From: Paecilomyces variotii
Lineage: Eukaryota
Length of the DNA: 64,000 nt
Strand: one strand, 5' to 3'
NCBI GenBank assembly: GCA_004022145.1
Contig: RCNU01000009.1
Both the position numbers and the translations under genes were made by a program. The first letter of the stretch is position 1, and the number at the start of each line of letters is the position of its first letter. Positions 26,019-37,536 of the stretch are shown piece by piece. The notes under the pieces are model-generated. The model was not told the origin of the DNA and did not search any database. It was given only the letters and a program-made list of their open reading frames with translations.

Positions 26019-29000
26019 TCAATCCGTCATCCCGAAGAACTTCCGGATATTCTTCCCTTCAATTCTAAGAGCCAAGCTGCTACAGACAACCGAGACACTG
26101 CTCAGCGCCATAGCCAAGGCTGCCCATGCAGGGCTGAACCGCCAGTGTTCGTTGACTAGCGTCATCTTGCCATTGAGCATTTCGTATTTCGTTCCGCTGA
26201 CGATGGGGTAGAGAACGCCGGCCGCGATAGGCACCAGGCTAACGTTGTAGATGGCTGCCCAGCCGAAGTTCATCTTGACGCGACGGAAAACGCGGCGACT
26301 GAGGGTAACCAGTTTCAGGATTGTTGTCAGTTCGGAATTCAGAAGGATGAAACTGGCGGAGTTGATCGCGACGTCGGAGCCAGAAGCCATGGCGATGCTG
26401 ACGTCCGCGGCCGCGAGAGCTGGTGAGTCGTTTGTTCCGTCGCCTACGAAAGCTACGATCGTCCTCTTAGACTGTTTCGTGTTCTGGAATGTGCCTTCTG
26501 CATCATCCTGGGAGCCTCCTTGCTGGATTCCGCGGATGAAATCGGCCTTCTGGTTAGGCATGACATTTGCCATCACATTTTCACGTGGAATTCCAAGGGT
26601 AGCGGCAACGGCGTGTGCGGTCGTTTGATTGTCTCCCGTGCACATGAATACGTTGATATGGCGTTCCTGAAGTTGAGAAATAACTTCCACAGCGTCAGCG
26701 CGTATAGGGTCGGACGTCGCGAACACAATAGCTGGAGTAAAGGTAGTATCCGGTTCTGCATCCGATATTTTGCGAAGAGAAAGTATAGCAGTTGACTTTC
26801 CAGCGGATTGATATCGGGAGAGTAGGTTTTCAAGGTAGTAGGTATCCGTATGAGAAGAAGGAAGAGACTTAAGAAGCCGTTCGTTCCCAATAGCTGCTTC
26901 GTACTTGTTTTGCTTTGTAGCACCAGCAACGGAGACAGTGAAGATACCCTTCATTCCTTGACCGGATATCTCGTGGATGTCAGATGATATTATCGAAATT
27001 CGGGCCTTTGTACTGCAGAGTTCGGAGATGGCTCTTGCAATAGGGTGGTTGCTGCTGTCTTCCAACTCCCGTGTAAGCGCCCAGGCGACTTGTTCATCCT
27101 CGGTGTCAGTCACAAGAACCTCGTGGTCGGATACCTTCAGACTTCCCCCCTCGGTCAAGGTACCAGTCTTGTCGAAGACGATAGCGTCAAGGCGGCTTGC
27201 TTCCTGGAACGCCTCACCACCTCCCCTAACAAGGATACCATGTCTCGCGGCCAAACCTCCACCGACAAAGAGGGCTGTTGGGGCGGCGAGTGCCAATCCA
27301 CAAGGACATGCTACGACGAAGACTGAGATAGCAAACTCCAGACTCCAAAACGCCCATCCACCTTGAGCGACGTCAAGGTAGTCGGCTGGTAAAACACCAG
27401 ATTCCCCAAGAGAAAGCCAGATGATGAATGTGAGTATGGCTATGAGGGTGATGACGGGGACAAAGTATCCAGTTAGTATATCAGCCACTCTCTCCAATGG
27501 AGCTCGCTTGCTCTGGCCCTCCCTGACGACTGCAACAATTTGGTCAAGCATCGAGGTACCTCCTAGTTCGGTCACTACCACTGACACCGGCTGGCCAAGG
27601 TTGACGGAACCTGCGTAGACTTTATCACCTTCTGCCTTGTGAACTGGCCTTGATTCTCCAGTCAAGGAGCTTTCGTCAAACCGGTACGAGCCACTGCCCA
27701 CAACAGTGCCATCCGCTGGAGGAGAGGCTCCGTGGGGGACATTAACCCTATCACCAACTTCCAGCAAGTCGACACTAACTCGTTGCATTTTCCGCCCTTG
27801 GGGATTTTCCGCTTGGTTGTCCGATCGATCCGTATTGTCGGTAATAAGCAAAGCTTCTGAAGGTCTGAGCTTCCCAAGGGAGGCAACAGCATCACCCGTC
27901 TTTACTTTACTGTACGCTTCCAAAAAACGTCCGGCAAGAATGAAGAGAGTCAAGAAGACAACGGAGTCGAAGTATGTCGAGCTCTGTCTGCTTGAAGGAG
28001 TGTTGACCACGGCGTCAATGATCAAAACCGCGAGAGACGATATATAAGCGACCATAGTGCCTGCGCAAATAAGGAGATTCATGCTTCCGAATCGATAGAA
28101 CCTCCGCAGAATTGGAACCCTGCTGCCAGGCCGCCAAAGAGCGCGGATTTCCTTCATGGCTCGGACGTGGAACACATCGGTGCCGTAGAACATCACTGGA
28201 GTCGTCATAATGAAAAGTGCCCACTCGTTCCTAGATACTCGACCTGCCCACATTGGCTCTTCAAGATATCTACGAATCGGGTTCGTGGGTGCCACCAATG
28301 ACATGAACACAATCCCGATTAAAAAGGTAGGTATAGTCACAAGGAATACAAAGAATACACGAGACAGCAACCGGCGCCTCTCATGTAGTTGCATCGCACG
28401 TGAACGATCCTCGATGCTAGGAGGATGATAGATGCTTGGTGTGAAGGCCTGGTTGGCCTCCTGGATTGCCGAAAGAATGCTTCGAATGGTGAGTGTCGGG
28501 GGTGCCGGTGTATAGGTAATCTTCAGGATAGGGTCATTGAGGGACAGCATTTGCTCTATCTCAAAGTCGAAAGTGTCACCTCTGAACACCTCCAATGATT
28601 CGGCTACTTTCTCAGGACAGTGATGGCAGAATAATCCGTCGACACGGATCATGACCGTCCTAGTTGTCGACACTTCGGTTGTTTCGTCTCCATTGGGATC
28701 CACGGGATGGCAATTGACCACTGAGCAGTCATATCCCAGATCGTCAACTTTCTCTGAGATCTTATCCAGGTTATCTCTTCCCTCAAACTCAACCTTGCCA
28801 CTGTTGGACAAAAGGTCTACCGCAACGCTTTTAACAAAGGGCAGTTCTTCGAGGCCACGGGTGACTGCACCGACACAGGATCCACAGGTCATGCCACCGA
28901 TACTGATCTCTGCCATGTAGGTAGTCGGCTCTTTCCCGGATCTTGACTTCGGTTTTACTTCGTCAACCGAAGCTTCGTAGCCAATACCTTCGATGTGGCG

Positions 29001-30212
29001 TGTGATCTCGTCAATATTCGACTTTGGGCCAGTATAGGTCAGTGTCGCATTATGAGCCAACAGGTTAACAGAGATCGTTTTCACGAAATCCAACTGTTCC
29101 ACTTCTCTGGTAACTGCACTGGAACACGATCCACAAGTCATTCCAGTGATGCTGATCCGCGCTTCGTACTCTTCCGGCGAAGGTCGGCGCTTGGCATGAA
29201 GCTCGTAAAGCGATGCTTCATAACCGATGTCTTCTATTTGCTCTATGATTTTGTCTATGTTTTCCTTCGGGCCGGTAAATGCCAAGGTAGCGCTGTTTGT
29301 GAGTAGGTTAACAGTAACGCTCTTAACGCAGTCCAGCTGCTGAACCTCACTCGTAACGGCGTTGGAACATGAAGCACATGTCATTCCGCCTATGCTGAGG
29401 CGGGCTTCGTACTCTTCAGCGGCCTCAGTTAAGTGGGAAGTACTCGTTTCCTTTGTTGCATCTTCTGATATCTTGGAATCGGCGTGGACTTCTTCTGTAG
29501 GGTGGGTATTGTCTGTCTGCGGCAAGTGCTCTTTGTGGTCATCTGAGTGTGTAGATACGACTGGAGAAAGCAGATCTTCTGTCTCCTTTTCACAACTCGA
29601 CAGAGACTGGTGACAAAACAATGGAATGGTGCCATCATCCAATGCCCTCTTCTTGGTGTCAAGTGCGCCCAATGACTGTGAAGGATGAATAGATTTTCCA
29701 AGTTCTTCTTTTCGGCACGCTTCGCAGTTCTCGATATGTATTGTTTGTCTGCTTTTCGCCCGTGGCTGTTCAGGTCTGGTAGAAGGATTGGAAGGTATCC
29801 ACGAAGATGGCCTCCGTGGAGTCCTGGGACGCGTGGTATCCCAGTCAGATGTATCAATGTCAGAAATTGGACGACCTTCCTGATCGTAAGTCGTTGCGTG
29901 GTGGACTTCGAAGGCCGCATGGATCAGGGCCATAGGCAGGTCTGAAGCTCCGGTGGTCGAGCCATGACGGACTCGTACTTCATGGGTGAGGATCGAGACA
30001 TCTACGTTCTTGATTGATGACATTCCGGACAGGACTTCTTCAACATAGGCCACACATGATGCGCAGTGAACGTTGTTCACCAGGAGGACGGTGGTCAGGG
30101 TTCCTTTATCCGAAATATCGCGTCTGTGGGATCCGATCAACATCTGAGATGGCTTGGTTGCCGATATAGCCGACCTCAATTCAGGTCGCTTGATATCCAT
30201 TGTCGCTGACAT
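26019..30212 (-). CDS. crpA: Copper-transporting P1B-type ATPase (CrpA-like copper exporter)
   Basis: HMA motifs CASC, GMTCASC, GMTCGSC x2 and CHHC; TGES, CPC, DKTGT, HP, TGDN, GDGTNDSPAL, YN and MALSS Cu(I) signature. Position next to mus81 matches recalled Aspergillus crpA synteny. First ATG in the ORF is at 30212. Confidence 0.85.
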   Translation of the reverse strand: MSATMDIKRPELRSAISATKPSQMLIGSHRRDISDKGTLTTVLLVNNVHCASCVAYVEEVLSGMSSIKNVDVSILTHEVRVRHGSTTGASDLPMALIHAAFEVHHATTYDQEGRPISDIDTSDWDTTRPRTPRRPSSWIPSNPSTRPEQPRAKSRQTIHIENCEACRKEELGKSIHPSQSLGALDTKKRALDDGTIPLFCHQSLSSCEKETEDLLSPVVSTHSDDHKEHLPQTDNTHPTEEVHADSKISEDATKETSTSHLTEAAEEYEARLSIGGMTCASCSNAVTSEVQQLDCVKSVTVNLLTNSATLAFTGPKENIDKIIEQIEDIGYEASLYELHAKRRPSPEEYEARISITGMTCGSCSSAVTREVEQLDFVKTISVNLLAHNATLTYTGPKSNIDEITRHIEGIGYEASVDEVKPKSRSGKEPTTYMAEISIGGMTCGSCVGAVTRGLEELPFVKSVAVDLLSNSGKVEFEGRDNLDKISEKVDDLGYDCSVVNCHPVDPNGDETTEVSTTRTVMIRVDGLFCHHCPEKVAESLEVFRGDTFDFEIEQMLSLNDPILKITYTPAPPTLTIRSILSAIQEANQAFTPSIYHPPSIEDRSRAMQLHERRRLLSRVFFVFLVTIPTFLIGIVFMSLVAPTNPIRRYLEEPMWAGRVSRNEWALFIMTTPVMFYGTDVFHVRAMKEIRALWRPGSRVPILRRFYRFGSMNLLICAGTMVAYISSLAVLIIDAVVNTPSSRQSSTYFDSVVFLTLFILAGRFLEAYSKVKTGDAVASLGKLRPSEALLITDNTDRSDNQAENPQGRKMQRVSVDLLEVGDRVNVPHGASPPADGTVVGSGSYRFDESSLTGESRPVHKAEGDKVYAGSVNLGQPVSVVVTELGGTSMLDQIVAVVREGQSKRAPLERVADILTGYFVPVITLIAILTFIIWLSLGESGVLPADYLDVAQGGWAFWSLEFAISVFVVACPCGLALAAPTALFVGGGLAARHGILVRGGGEAFQEASRLDAIVFDKTGTLTEGGSLKVSDHEVLVTDTEDEQVAWALTRELEDSSNHPIARAISELCSTKARISIISSDIHEISGQGMKGIFTVSVAGATKQNKYEAAIGNERLLKSLPSSHTDTYYLENLLSRYQSAGKSTAILSLRKISDAEPDTTFTPAIVFATSDPIRADAVEVISQLQERHINVFMCTGDNQTTAHAVAATLGIPRENVMANVMPNQKADFIRGIQQGGSQDDAEGTFQNTKQSKRTIVAFVGDGTNDSPALAAADVSIAMASGSDVAINSASFILLNSELTTILKLVTLSRRVFRRVKMNFGWAAIYNVSLVPIAAGVLYPIVSGTKYEMLNGKMTLVNEHWRFSPAWAALAMALSSVSVVCSSLALRIEGKNIRKFFGMTD

Positions 30213-30649
30213 TCCGGGATGCGGAGAGGCGAGGAATGTAAGGCCAGCAAGGCCAGGAAATACCACAACTGGAGCTCCTCAATCCAGTATTGGTGGGAAA
30301 TGAGGAGTTATAGTGCGAGCGTTCAGTTTCCTGTAAGAAAAGAACAGCACCTCAAGGGACTGAAGCCCTTCAAAGCGAGATAGAGAGAGGGTTCTCAGCT
30401 TAGAGCGTGACGTAAGTATCGTCTCGTAAAAGAACAGCCGTGTTTGTGCCGCGAGATTATACAAGGATAGGAACAGTGATGAGCACGAGAAGAAGAAAAG
30501 TGTTGGATGATAGTGCTATGAAATCTAAATAACGTAGAAAGAAGCTGGGAGAAAGGGCCGCAAATGCGCTCTTTCTGCGTAAATTGCAGTCATAGTCGCT
30601 CCGCCGGGTTCAGGAAAATACGCACAAATCGCGCACTCGAACAATCGGT

Positions 30650-30658
30650 TCAGCAAAT
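30650..30658 (-). promoter_or_regulatory. Possible Ace1/AceA copper-response element upstream of the Cu ATPase
   Basis: Minus strand ATTTGCTGA fits H(T)HNNGCTGD, about 440 bp upstream of the ATG. Short motif, could be chance. Confidence 0.25.
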
Positions 30659-31575
30659 AGCGGTAAGAGCGCATCTTGAAGGATGAAGACGCTACCAGAT
30701 AGCGCCTACATACTGTTGGATCTATGAATGCAGTCGAGAATTAAAGGACCACAGGGGGCAAATGGATGACTATGTATTATCCTGTGATAGCAGACCTACG
30801 TGATGATGGTGCTGCCAGCGCATTCCAGGATCGGAGTCAGGGCATCCAGGCGATCACCTCCAAGTTCCAACAGAGGGCTGAACTGAAGACGTGGTCCATG
30901 CTGAAGATTCGGGGAATTAATCTCCTGCTGCCCTCCTGCACAGAAGCTTGGTATGATCACGGTCGCACAAAACGGTCAAGAATGAAGCGTGATGGCCAGT
31001 TGTAACACAACTAACTTTCTGCAGCGGCGACCACGGATCATATGTTGGTCATACTGGCTGGTTACTTAACTTGAGCTTAGGGGAGACATAGTTATCGGCC
31101 CTTTCTGGAAGAGATATTAAGTAGCAATAGTAACTAGTCTAATAATCGACATCTCTCTCGTTCGAATCAACCGATTAATTCGACTGTCTGTGCCGGGAAT
31201 CGAACGAGAGCCGTTGGAGTGGCGCGCTCGACGAGGAACACGCACGTGACCTCCCCCGCGACAGCCGCTGGACCACCGAATCTCCACCGGCAGAGATTTC
31301 GCCCGCACTTGGGAGTCGCCGCCCAGCTCCGCGTCCAACGCATCTATCGATCTATAAACCGCCTATGGTTATCTTCGTTTGATTCAAGACTGATCGTGCT
31401 TCTTGGTCGCCTGTAACAGTGGATGCTCCTGCACTGTCTTTCCATGTGATCCGATAAGACACTGTTCTAAAATGTGTTGCGCTTGCGGACAGTCATAATT
31501 TGATATCCTTGTTTCCATCCATACCAACCTTGTATTTCACTATACTGTTTTTCTTCGACCAACTCTATATCCATC

Positions 31576-33954
31576 ATGTCGGCTCCCAAGCCGATCGTGC
31601 GGCCAGGAGGTCCTCCCAGGGTCGGGCCTAGAGCACCAGTCGGCCGCCTGGCAAGTCTGAAGGGCCCCAATCCAACTCCTATCAGACGTCCACAGGCCGT
31701 CGCACGACCTCAGCCGGGCAAGCCAACGACACACCCGAAGACAACGACCTGTCCCAATCCAGGGTGTCCCGCTCCTCATATCGTTGAGGACGACGGGCAG
31801 AAGGTCTGTTCGGGATGTGGTACTGTCATCAGTGAATCGAACATCGTGTCTGAAGTCACCTTTGGAGAGACGTCGTCAGGAGCGGCGATGGTCCAGGGTA
31901 CCTTTGTTGGCGCTGATCAATCTCATGTCAGGAGCTACGGGCCCGGCTTTCAGCGGGGAGGTGGAATGGAGAGCCGCGAAATCACGGAACAAAACGGTAA
32001 CCGATATATCAATCAACTCTCGCGGGCTCTGACCATCCCAGAAAGCGCCACCAAAGCTGCAGGGCAGGTCTTCAAGCTGGCCGTGGGACTAAACTTCATC
32101 CAAGGTCGTCGCACGAAAACCGTTGCAGCAGTCTGTCTATACATCGCCTGTCGACGGCAGGATGGCAATACAGTCATGCTTATTGACTTTGCGGATGTCC
32201 TCATGATCAACGTCTTCAAACTGGGACGTGCATACAAGGCCCTCTTGGAAGAGCTACGGCTGGGGGGAAATGTCTTCCTGATGAACCCTATCGATCCGGA
32301 GAGCTTGATCTATCGATTTGCGAAGCAGCTCGAGTTTGGATCGTCTATGATGCAGGTGGCTAGTGAGGCCGTCCGGATCGTTCAACGAATGAATCGAGAT
32401 TGGATGACTACTGGCAGACGCCCTGCGGGTATCTGTGGCGCTGCCTTGATTCTAGCCGCGAGAATGAACAACTTCCGCCGGACAGTACGAGAGGTCGTCT
32501 ACGTTGTCAAGGTCACCGAAATTACTATAAACCAACGTCTGAATGAATTCAGTTCAACGGAGAGTGGAGAATTGACCGTCGACCAGTTCCGCTCCGTTCA
32601 GCTTGAGAATGCGCACGATCCCCCCTCTTTCACTCAGGCGAGAGAAGGGAAAAAACCGAGCAAGAGTCTAAAGAGGAAGTCCGCGGAGACAGCTGCGGAG
32701 ATAGAAGGAGATGAGTCTGATGAGGAGCTTTCTCCACCGCCAGCTCAGAAGAGACGCGTGGACGCTGATGGTTTTGCTATACCTGACCCGCCGATTGACC
32801 CCGCGCTTATTGCTATGGACACAACTCGAAAGTCCTCAGTGACCGCAGCGGTCAACGAAGTTGTTTCCGAAGTCGCAGGCCAACGGGAGACTGACGCCGC
32901 TGAGTCGTCCAGGCCGAAATTAGGTAGACCGAAGGGATCGAAGAATGCGCCGCCTGTGCCTCCCAGCGCTGAGCAGATAGCAGCAGAAGATGCCCTGGAA
33001 AATGAAATGACAGCGCTGCTGTCGAAAGGATCGAATATGGTTGAAACCGCTATGGATTCTTCCAAGGAGCCTGTCCCGAGTGCCCTCCCGCCAAGGGGCC
33101 CTGTATCAGAAAGCGCAGAAATTGATTCCGCCGAATTTGAAGATGATCCAGAAGTCGCCAACTGTCTCCTTTCATCGGCAGAGGTAGAAATCAAGGAGCG
33201 CATCTGGGTGCACGAAAACAAGGACTACCTGCGGACGCAGCAGGCAAAGGCGCTCAAGCAAGCCTTGGCAGAAGCAAACGGCACTTCAGGCGGTGGGAAG
33301 CCTCGTAAGCGGCGCAGAGGGCGGCTGGGCGATGTTACATATCTCGAAGGGGAAGGAGAAGATGAGGAGGGAAGAAGCACACGCGCTTCCACTCCTGCGG
33401 AGGCGACACGCCGCATGCTGGAGAAGAGAGGGTTCAGTAAGAAGATCAATTACCGACTCTTGGAATCTCTATACGGAGAAGAAGGGGCGGAAGAGGCCGC
33501 TAAATCGAAGGCTGAGAGCGAGAGCCGCAGTCGCTCCAGTCGAAGCCAGAGTATCCTCTCCCGTCGCAGCGAAAGCGTGGAACCAGAGACGGCCGGAAGA
33601 CGCTCACGCTCAAGACTCGCCACACCTGCTGCCACGAAGCCAACTACGACGACCCCGGCACCAGCACCAGCACCAGCAAAAGTCCCAGCCAAACCTCAGG
33701 GAATGGCCACTGCTGCGGCTGCACCAGCAGAGAAGCCATCAGACGCCAACGAGGAAGTCCTCGGTTCGCTCCCCGAACCGGAGCAACCGACCGAACGCCT
33801 CGTACACGATCCTAACGACTACTCAGACGACGAGGAGGAGGAGGATATGGATGAAGCCGACGTGGATGACGACGGTCTCGAAGCCGCCTTTGCAGGAAAC
33901 TATCAAGAAGATTACTACGACGGAGGTAGTGATTATGATTACGGGAGTGACTGA
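31576..33954 (+). CDS. BRF1: TFIIIB subunit Brf1
   Basis: Zn ribbon CPNPGC...CSGC, cyclin-fold repeats ('NFIQGRRTKTVAAVCLYIACR', 'TGRRPAGICGAALILAAR'), C-terminal TBP-binding region 'KERIWVHENKDYL', 'SKKINY'. Confidence 0.96.
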   Translation: MSAPKPIVRPGGPPRVGPRAPVGRLASLKGPNPTPIRRPQAVARPQPGKPTTHPKTTTCPNPGCPAPHIVEDDGQKVCSGCGTVISESNIVSEVTFGETSSGAAMVQGTFVGADQSHVRSYGPGFQRGGGMESREITEQNGNRYINQLSRALTIPESATKAAGQVFKLAVGLNFIQGRRTKTVAAVCLYIACRRQDGNTVMLIDFADVLMINVFKLGRAYKALLEELRLGGNVFLMNPIDPESLIYRFAKQLEFGSSMMQVASEAVRIVQRMNRDWMTTGRRPAGICGAALILAARMNNFRRTVREVVYVVKVTEITINQRLNEFSSTESGELTVDQFRSVQLENAHDPPSFTQAREGKKPSKSLKRKSAETAAEIEGDESDEELSPPPAQKRRVDADGFAIPDPPIDPALIAMDTTRKSSVTAAVNEVVSEVAGQRETDAAESSRPKLGRPKGSKNAPPVPPSAEQIAAEDALENEMTALLSKGSNMVETAMDSSKEPVPSALPPRGPVSESAEIDSAEFEDDPEVANCLLSSAEVEIKERIWVHENKDYLRTQQAKALKQALAEANGTSGGGKPRKRRRGRLGDVTYLEGEGEDEEGRSTRASTPAEATRRMLEKRGFSKKINYRLLESLYGEEGAEEAAKSKAESESRSRSSRSQSILSRRSESVEPETAGRRSRSRLATPAATKPTTTTPAPAPAPAKVPAKPQGMATAAAAPAEKPSDANEEVLGSLPEPEQPTERLVHDPNDYSDDEEEEDMDEADVDDDGLEAAFAGNYQEDYYDGGSDYDYGSD

Positions 33955-35089
33955 AACGACCCTCGTGATTGTCTGATGCAGCTGGTCTGCATCCTTGCTG
34001 TATTCTTAATCGGGTTCATGACTCTCATCCGCTGGCCGGGGGGGAGCACTTTGCTTGGCCCTGCCTATCTATGTATACTCAGCGTCCCGCCTACCCTTGG
34101 CTACTGCTTACCTTTGGAGGTGGAACATACTTGCTCTAACTATCGTTAAGAGGCAATTCTTGAACCCAATGAAATATTAATATACATCTTGGGGAACTCT
34201 TACTCCCATTGGACCGAGCTGCTCTAGATATTTAAGTATGTATGCATGTATGTAGGACACAGATGCGAATGTCCACGTAGTTAGTTCACCAAGTTAAGGT
34301 AATCGAAACATATAACTATCCTATATTGTAATAGTTACCAAAAGACGATAAATTCGCAATTGCATAACTGATCACTGATATCTATAATCAATCACACTCT
34401 GCTTTTACTTCTGGACGAGGATAAACCAGTAAACAAGCAGATGAATAATAATACGGTAGGATGATGGATGGATAAAGGATCCATGCCTTAGTTAACTACT
34501 CTAAGTCCTGATTACTGCCTTGGGCATACGGTATCAACTGGAACCCACGCGAGTTAGCAGCTCGGACCACCGCGTCTCGACCTTAAGAAACCGGACAAGT
34601 CGCGCTAAGGAATTAAGAGGGAAAAACACAATGACGCGCAGTAGTTAAATGATGTTCTTACTGGACCGGACTAAGAGTGGATTGTAACTACAGTGGAGTG
34701 GAAAAGAGATACTCTTAATTCATATTTTCATTTCTTCGATTTCTCCTGTGTCGTCGAATAAGAGGGAAAACAATAATGACAATTGAGTCATTGACGAAAT
34801 GGCATATTACGCGCCTGACACCGATCCTGGAACAATTCGAATAGAAAAGATTGTTCTGCAGCGCAGAACATATAGCAAGAAAAAAAAAAAAAGAAAAAAA
34901 AAGAAAAAGAAAAAGAAAAAGAAAAAGAAAAAAGGAAGAGCAAATAAAAGATACGACTCCTGAGGTTTACGTAGGTGTCGTGATCGAGTTTCAGCGAATT
35001 TGGCGAGCCGAGAACGCCGTCGAAGAAAGAGAAGACGAAAAGTAGCCGCCCGAAAATGTCGAAAAAAATGTCGAAATCGAGAATTTTTT

Positions 35090-36289
35090 TTACATGTCCA
35101 TGTCCATACCCGTTCCCATTCCCGCTCCTCCGTTCAATCCGCCGTTCTCGTTACCAAAGCCGACGCCGCCGGCCGGAGACGCCTGGGGAATGCCGTGCCA
35201 CGCGGAGCCGTTGATAGGAGTTGCTTGGCTCTCGACTAGTCGGTCAGGAGTCTTCTCCATGGCTCTCAGGACCTCGGTTCCTTCGAAAGTGATGGGCGTG
35301 GATCGAAGATTCTGCAAGCAGGTCTCCCAATTTGACCCAACGAGCTGACCCTGGGCAAGATCATCACTGAAGAGATAGAAAGAGGATGCACCAGCGCCGC
35401 TGGTCGACGAAGTAGCCTGCGTGAGCGATCGCGCTGCGACCAAATACACATTCATGCTACGGTTCTTCAACAGAATCTGAGCCCCCTGAAGGTGACGGGC
35501 GTAGTGGTTGTCGATGTACTTCTCCCAACCGCGTACAGCAGGCGCCATGTCACCGTCGTGGTCGACTTTCTGCCAGCTAATTCCGAGAAGATATGTGAAG
35601 TTGTCGATCTGGGGTTCGTTGGGTGATCCATTCTTGGAAGCGTTGAGGGTGCGGCGATGCTCTTCTTCGCTGGTCGAAGAATGAAGTCGTTTCTGGATCG
35701 TGGAGAGAGTAATATCGTCGAAGCCAGGCGCCGACAGATCGAGGCGCTGGGATTTGCGGCTGGGGATATCTGACGCGTCTGCGCGTAGCGTGGTGGATCT
35801 GGAAGAAACAGGAGGGGCCGATGCGACGGCCTTTTCGACTGTCTCTTCGTACCAGGTGCCAGTCTGGCTCTCTGCAGAGAGCGCCAGGCCAGTACGGGGG
35901 TTGAGCAGCACCATGCCTTCACCGTAAATGGGCTCTTCTGCCGGCACAGGCTCTGGCGCAGGAGCAGGGGCCACCGCGCCAGCGTTCCCATACGAGTCAT
36001 CGTTGGCTTCGTCGGCGAAATCAGAGCGTGTGCGCTTCCGGGAAGGGTTGACGTATCCCGACGGAGAAGATGAAGCAGGCTTCCACGTGTGGTTGACACC
36101 CAGCTTGGGAGAGTTCTGCTGGTGGCTATTTAGGGAGAACGCACTGGGGCCAGCGGCAAAGCCTCCAGGGCTTCCAAAGGCAGCGTCAGGCGTGGCATGA
36201 GAAGGGAATTGAGCGAAGGGGTGGTCTTGGGAAGGAGGAAGGACCATGGCAGGGCCATCGGAGCCGGAGTTGAAGAGCATTGGACCCAT
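35090..36289 (-). CDS. Conserved hypothetical protein
   Basis: 399-aa intronless ORF with coding-like codon usage, an NLS-like SRKRTR and blocks 'EEPIYGEGMVLLNPRTG..SAESQTGTW' and 'AVRGWEKYIDNHY'. Confidence 0.8.
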   Translation of the reverse strand: MGPMLFNSGSDGPAMVLPPSQDHPFAQFPSHATPDAAFGSPGGFAAGPSAFSLNSHQQNSPKLGVNHTWKPASSSPSGYVNPSRKRTRSDFADEANDDSYGNAGAVAPAPAPEPVPAEEPIYGEGMVLLNPRTGLALSAESQTGTWYEETVEKAVASAPPVSSRSTTLRADASDIPSRKSQRLDLSAPGFDDITLSTIQKRLHSSTSEEEHRRTLNASKNGSPNEPQIDNFTYLLGISWQKVDHDGDMAPAVRGWEKYIDNHYARHLQGAQILLKNRSMNVYLVAARSLTQATSSTSGAGASSFYLFSDDLAQGQLVGSNWETCLQNLRSTPITFEGTEVLRAMEKTPDRLVESQATPINGSAWHGIPQASPAGGVGFGNENGGLNGGAGMGTGMDMDM

Positions 36290-37536
36290 GACGGTGGTGG
36301 TGAAAGGTCCGCAAACGATGCTGGAAGATATCCGTCTCTGTGAGGTAAGCTGGACACAATGAGCTATAGTAACCTATAGATCACAAGATGAGCCTTATAG
36401 ACTGCAGTCAATGGTCGTCTGGAGCGTAGGCCGTGCGGTAGGGGGAGTACGTGATGCCGGCGACAGGCCTAGGTGGTCAATTGAGCGTATCAGGTAACAA
36501 AGGGAGTGTATAAGGAAAGGTAAAGGAATCGCAAGGACGAGGTGAAGTATATGGTTGACTGAGCGTGGGAGAAAATGGGGAGGAAAGGAGAGAAGGAGAG
36601 GGAAGGCCGGTAGTAAAGGAAGAAGAGAAAGAGGAGAAAAGAGGGAAAAAAGAGGGCAACCGAGAAACCACGGGATTTCTGGGCGGGTTGGAAGTGGAAA
36701 GTGGATGGACAGAGGCTGACGGGGGACGGATGCGGATGGAGGTAATACTACTATCGGGATGCGCGCTGGGATGCGGAGAGCTGCGCAACAGCTTTTGTGA
36801 CAGGACGAGACGCGGGCTGACGGGCGCTGGACGTAGGGCTGGTGAAATATTACAGGAAATGTTGCCATTGCACTTTTCACCTTTTTCTCCCAGGCGCGCT
36901 AACATAAAAGTAGGCAAAGTGAGCGAGGGTCTCGGCCAATAGTAATGAGGATCTTTCGCCTCTTAGGTTTTTGCGTTCCCAGGTAGGATATTGGGTGGAT
37001 ACTGGTTTATTAGTACATTTCCAATTTTCAATGTGGTTTTTTTTCGTGCGAAATTTAAACCCTAATAACCCATGTAATATATGAAATTTTGGAATTCAAA
37101 AATACCACCCCTAGCTGGACGCCTGGCCCGGCCGCCTCGAGAAGGCTGCGTAACCATTCCTGACCATACCTGACCATACCTGACCAACCGGGATGAGACT
37201 CCAGCTCCAGCCAGTCAGCAAGCCCGAGCAAAACCTTTCCACGACCATACCAGACAAGGATAACGAGCGATGAGTCGCTGCTGGGCAACAGAGCCCCCCA
37301 CTGTGACCATACCATACCACGGTCCAATAATACGCATACCCATAGTTCGCCAGGCGGCGCACTAGGCCCAGAGAGGACTTCCAGTTCGGGCAAGACGATG
37401 ATCTCACTCCCTCCAGTTCTCCATCTACTCGCGCTTCCCTCCCCTTTTGCTCAACTCCCCAAACAAGTGATCACCTCGTGCATGTAACGACAAGGAGTTT
37501 AACAAGAATATCTTCTCTCTCCACTCATGAATCGCC

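Noticed and set aside
34878..34935. A-rich AAAAAG repeat giving a Lys/Arg ORF
   Set aside because: Simple sequence in a 3' UTR or terminator region.
36395..36942. Overlapping 125-161 aa ORFs
   Set aside because: Arise from a pyrimidine/purine-skewed promoter or 5'-UTR tract; low-complexity translations.
37239..37360. ACGACCATACC resembles the 5' end of fungal 5S rRNA
   Set aside because: Similarity stops after about 11 nt and no internal 5S boxes follow.
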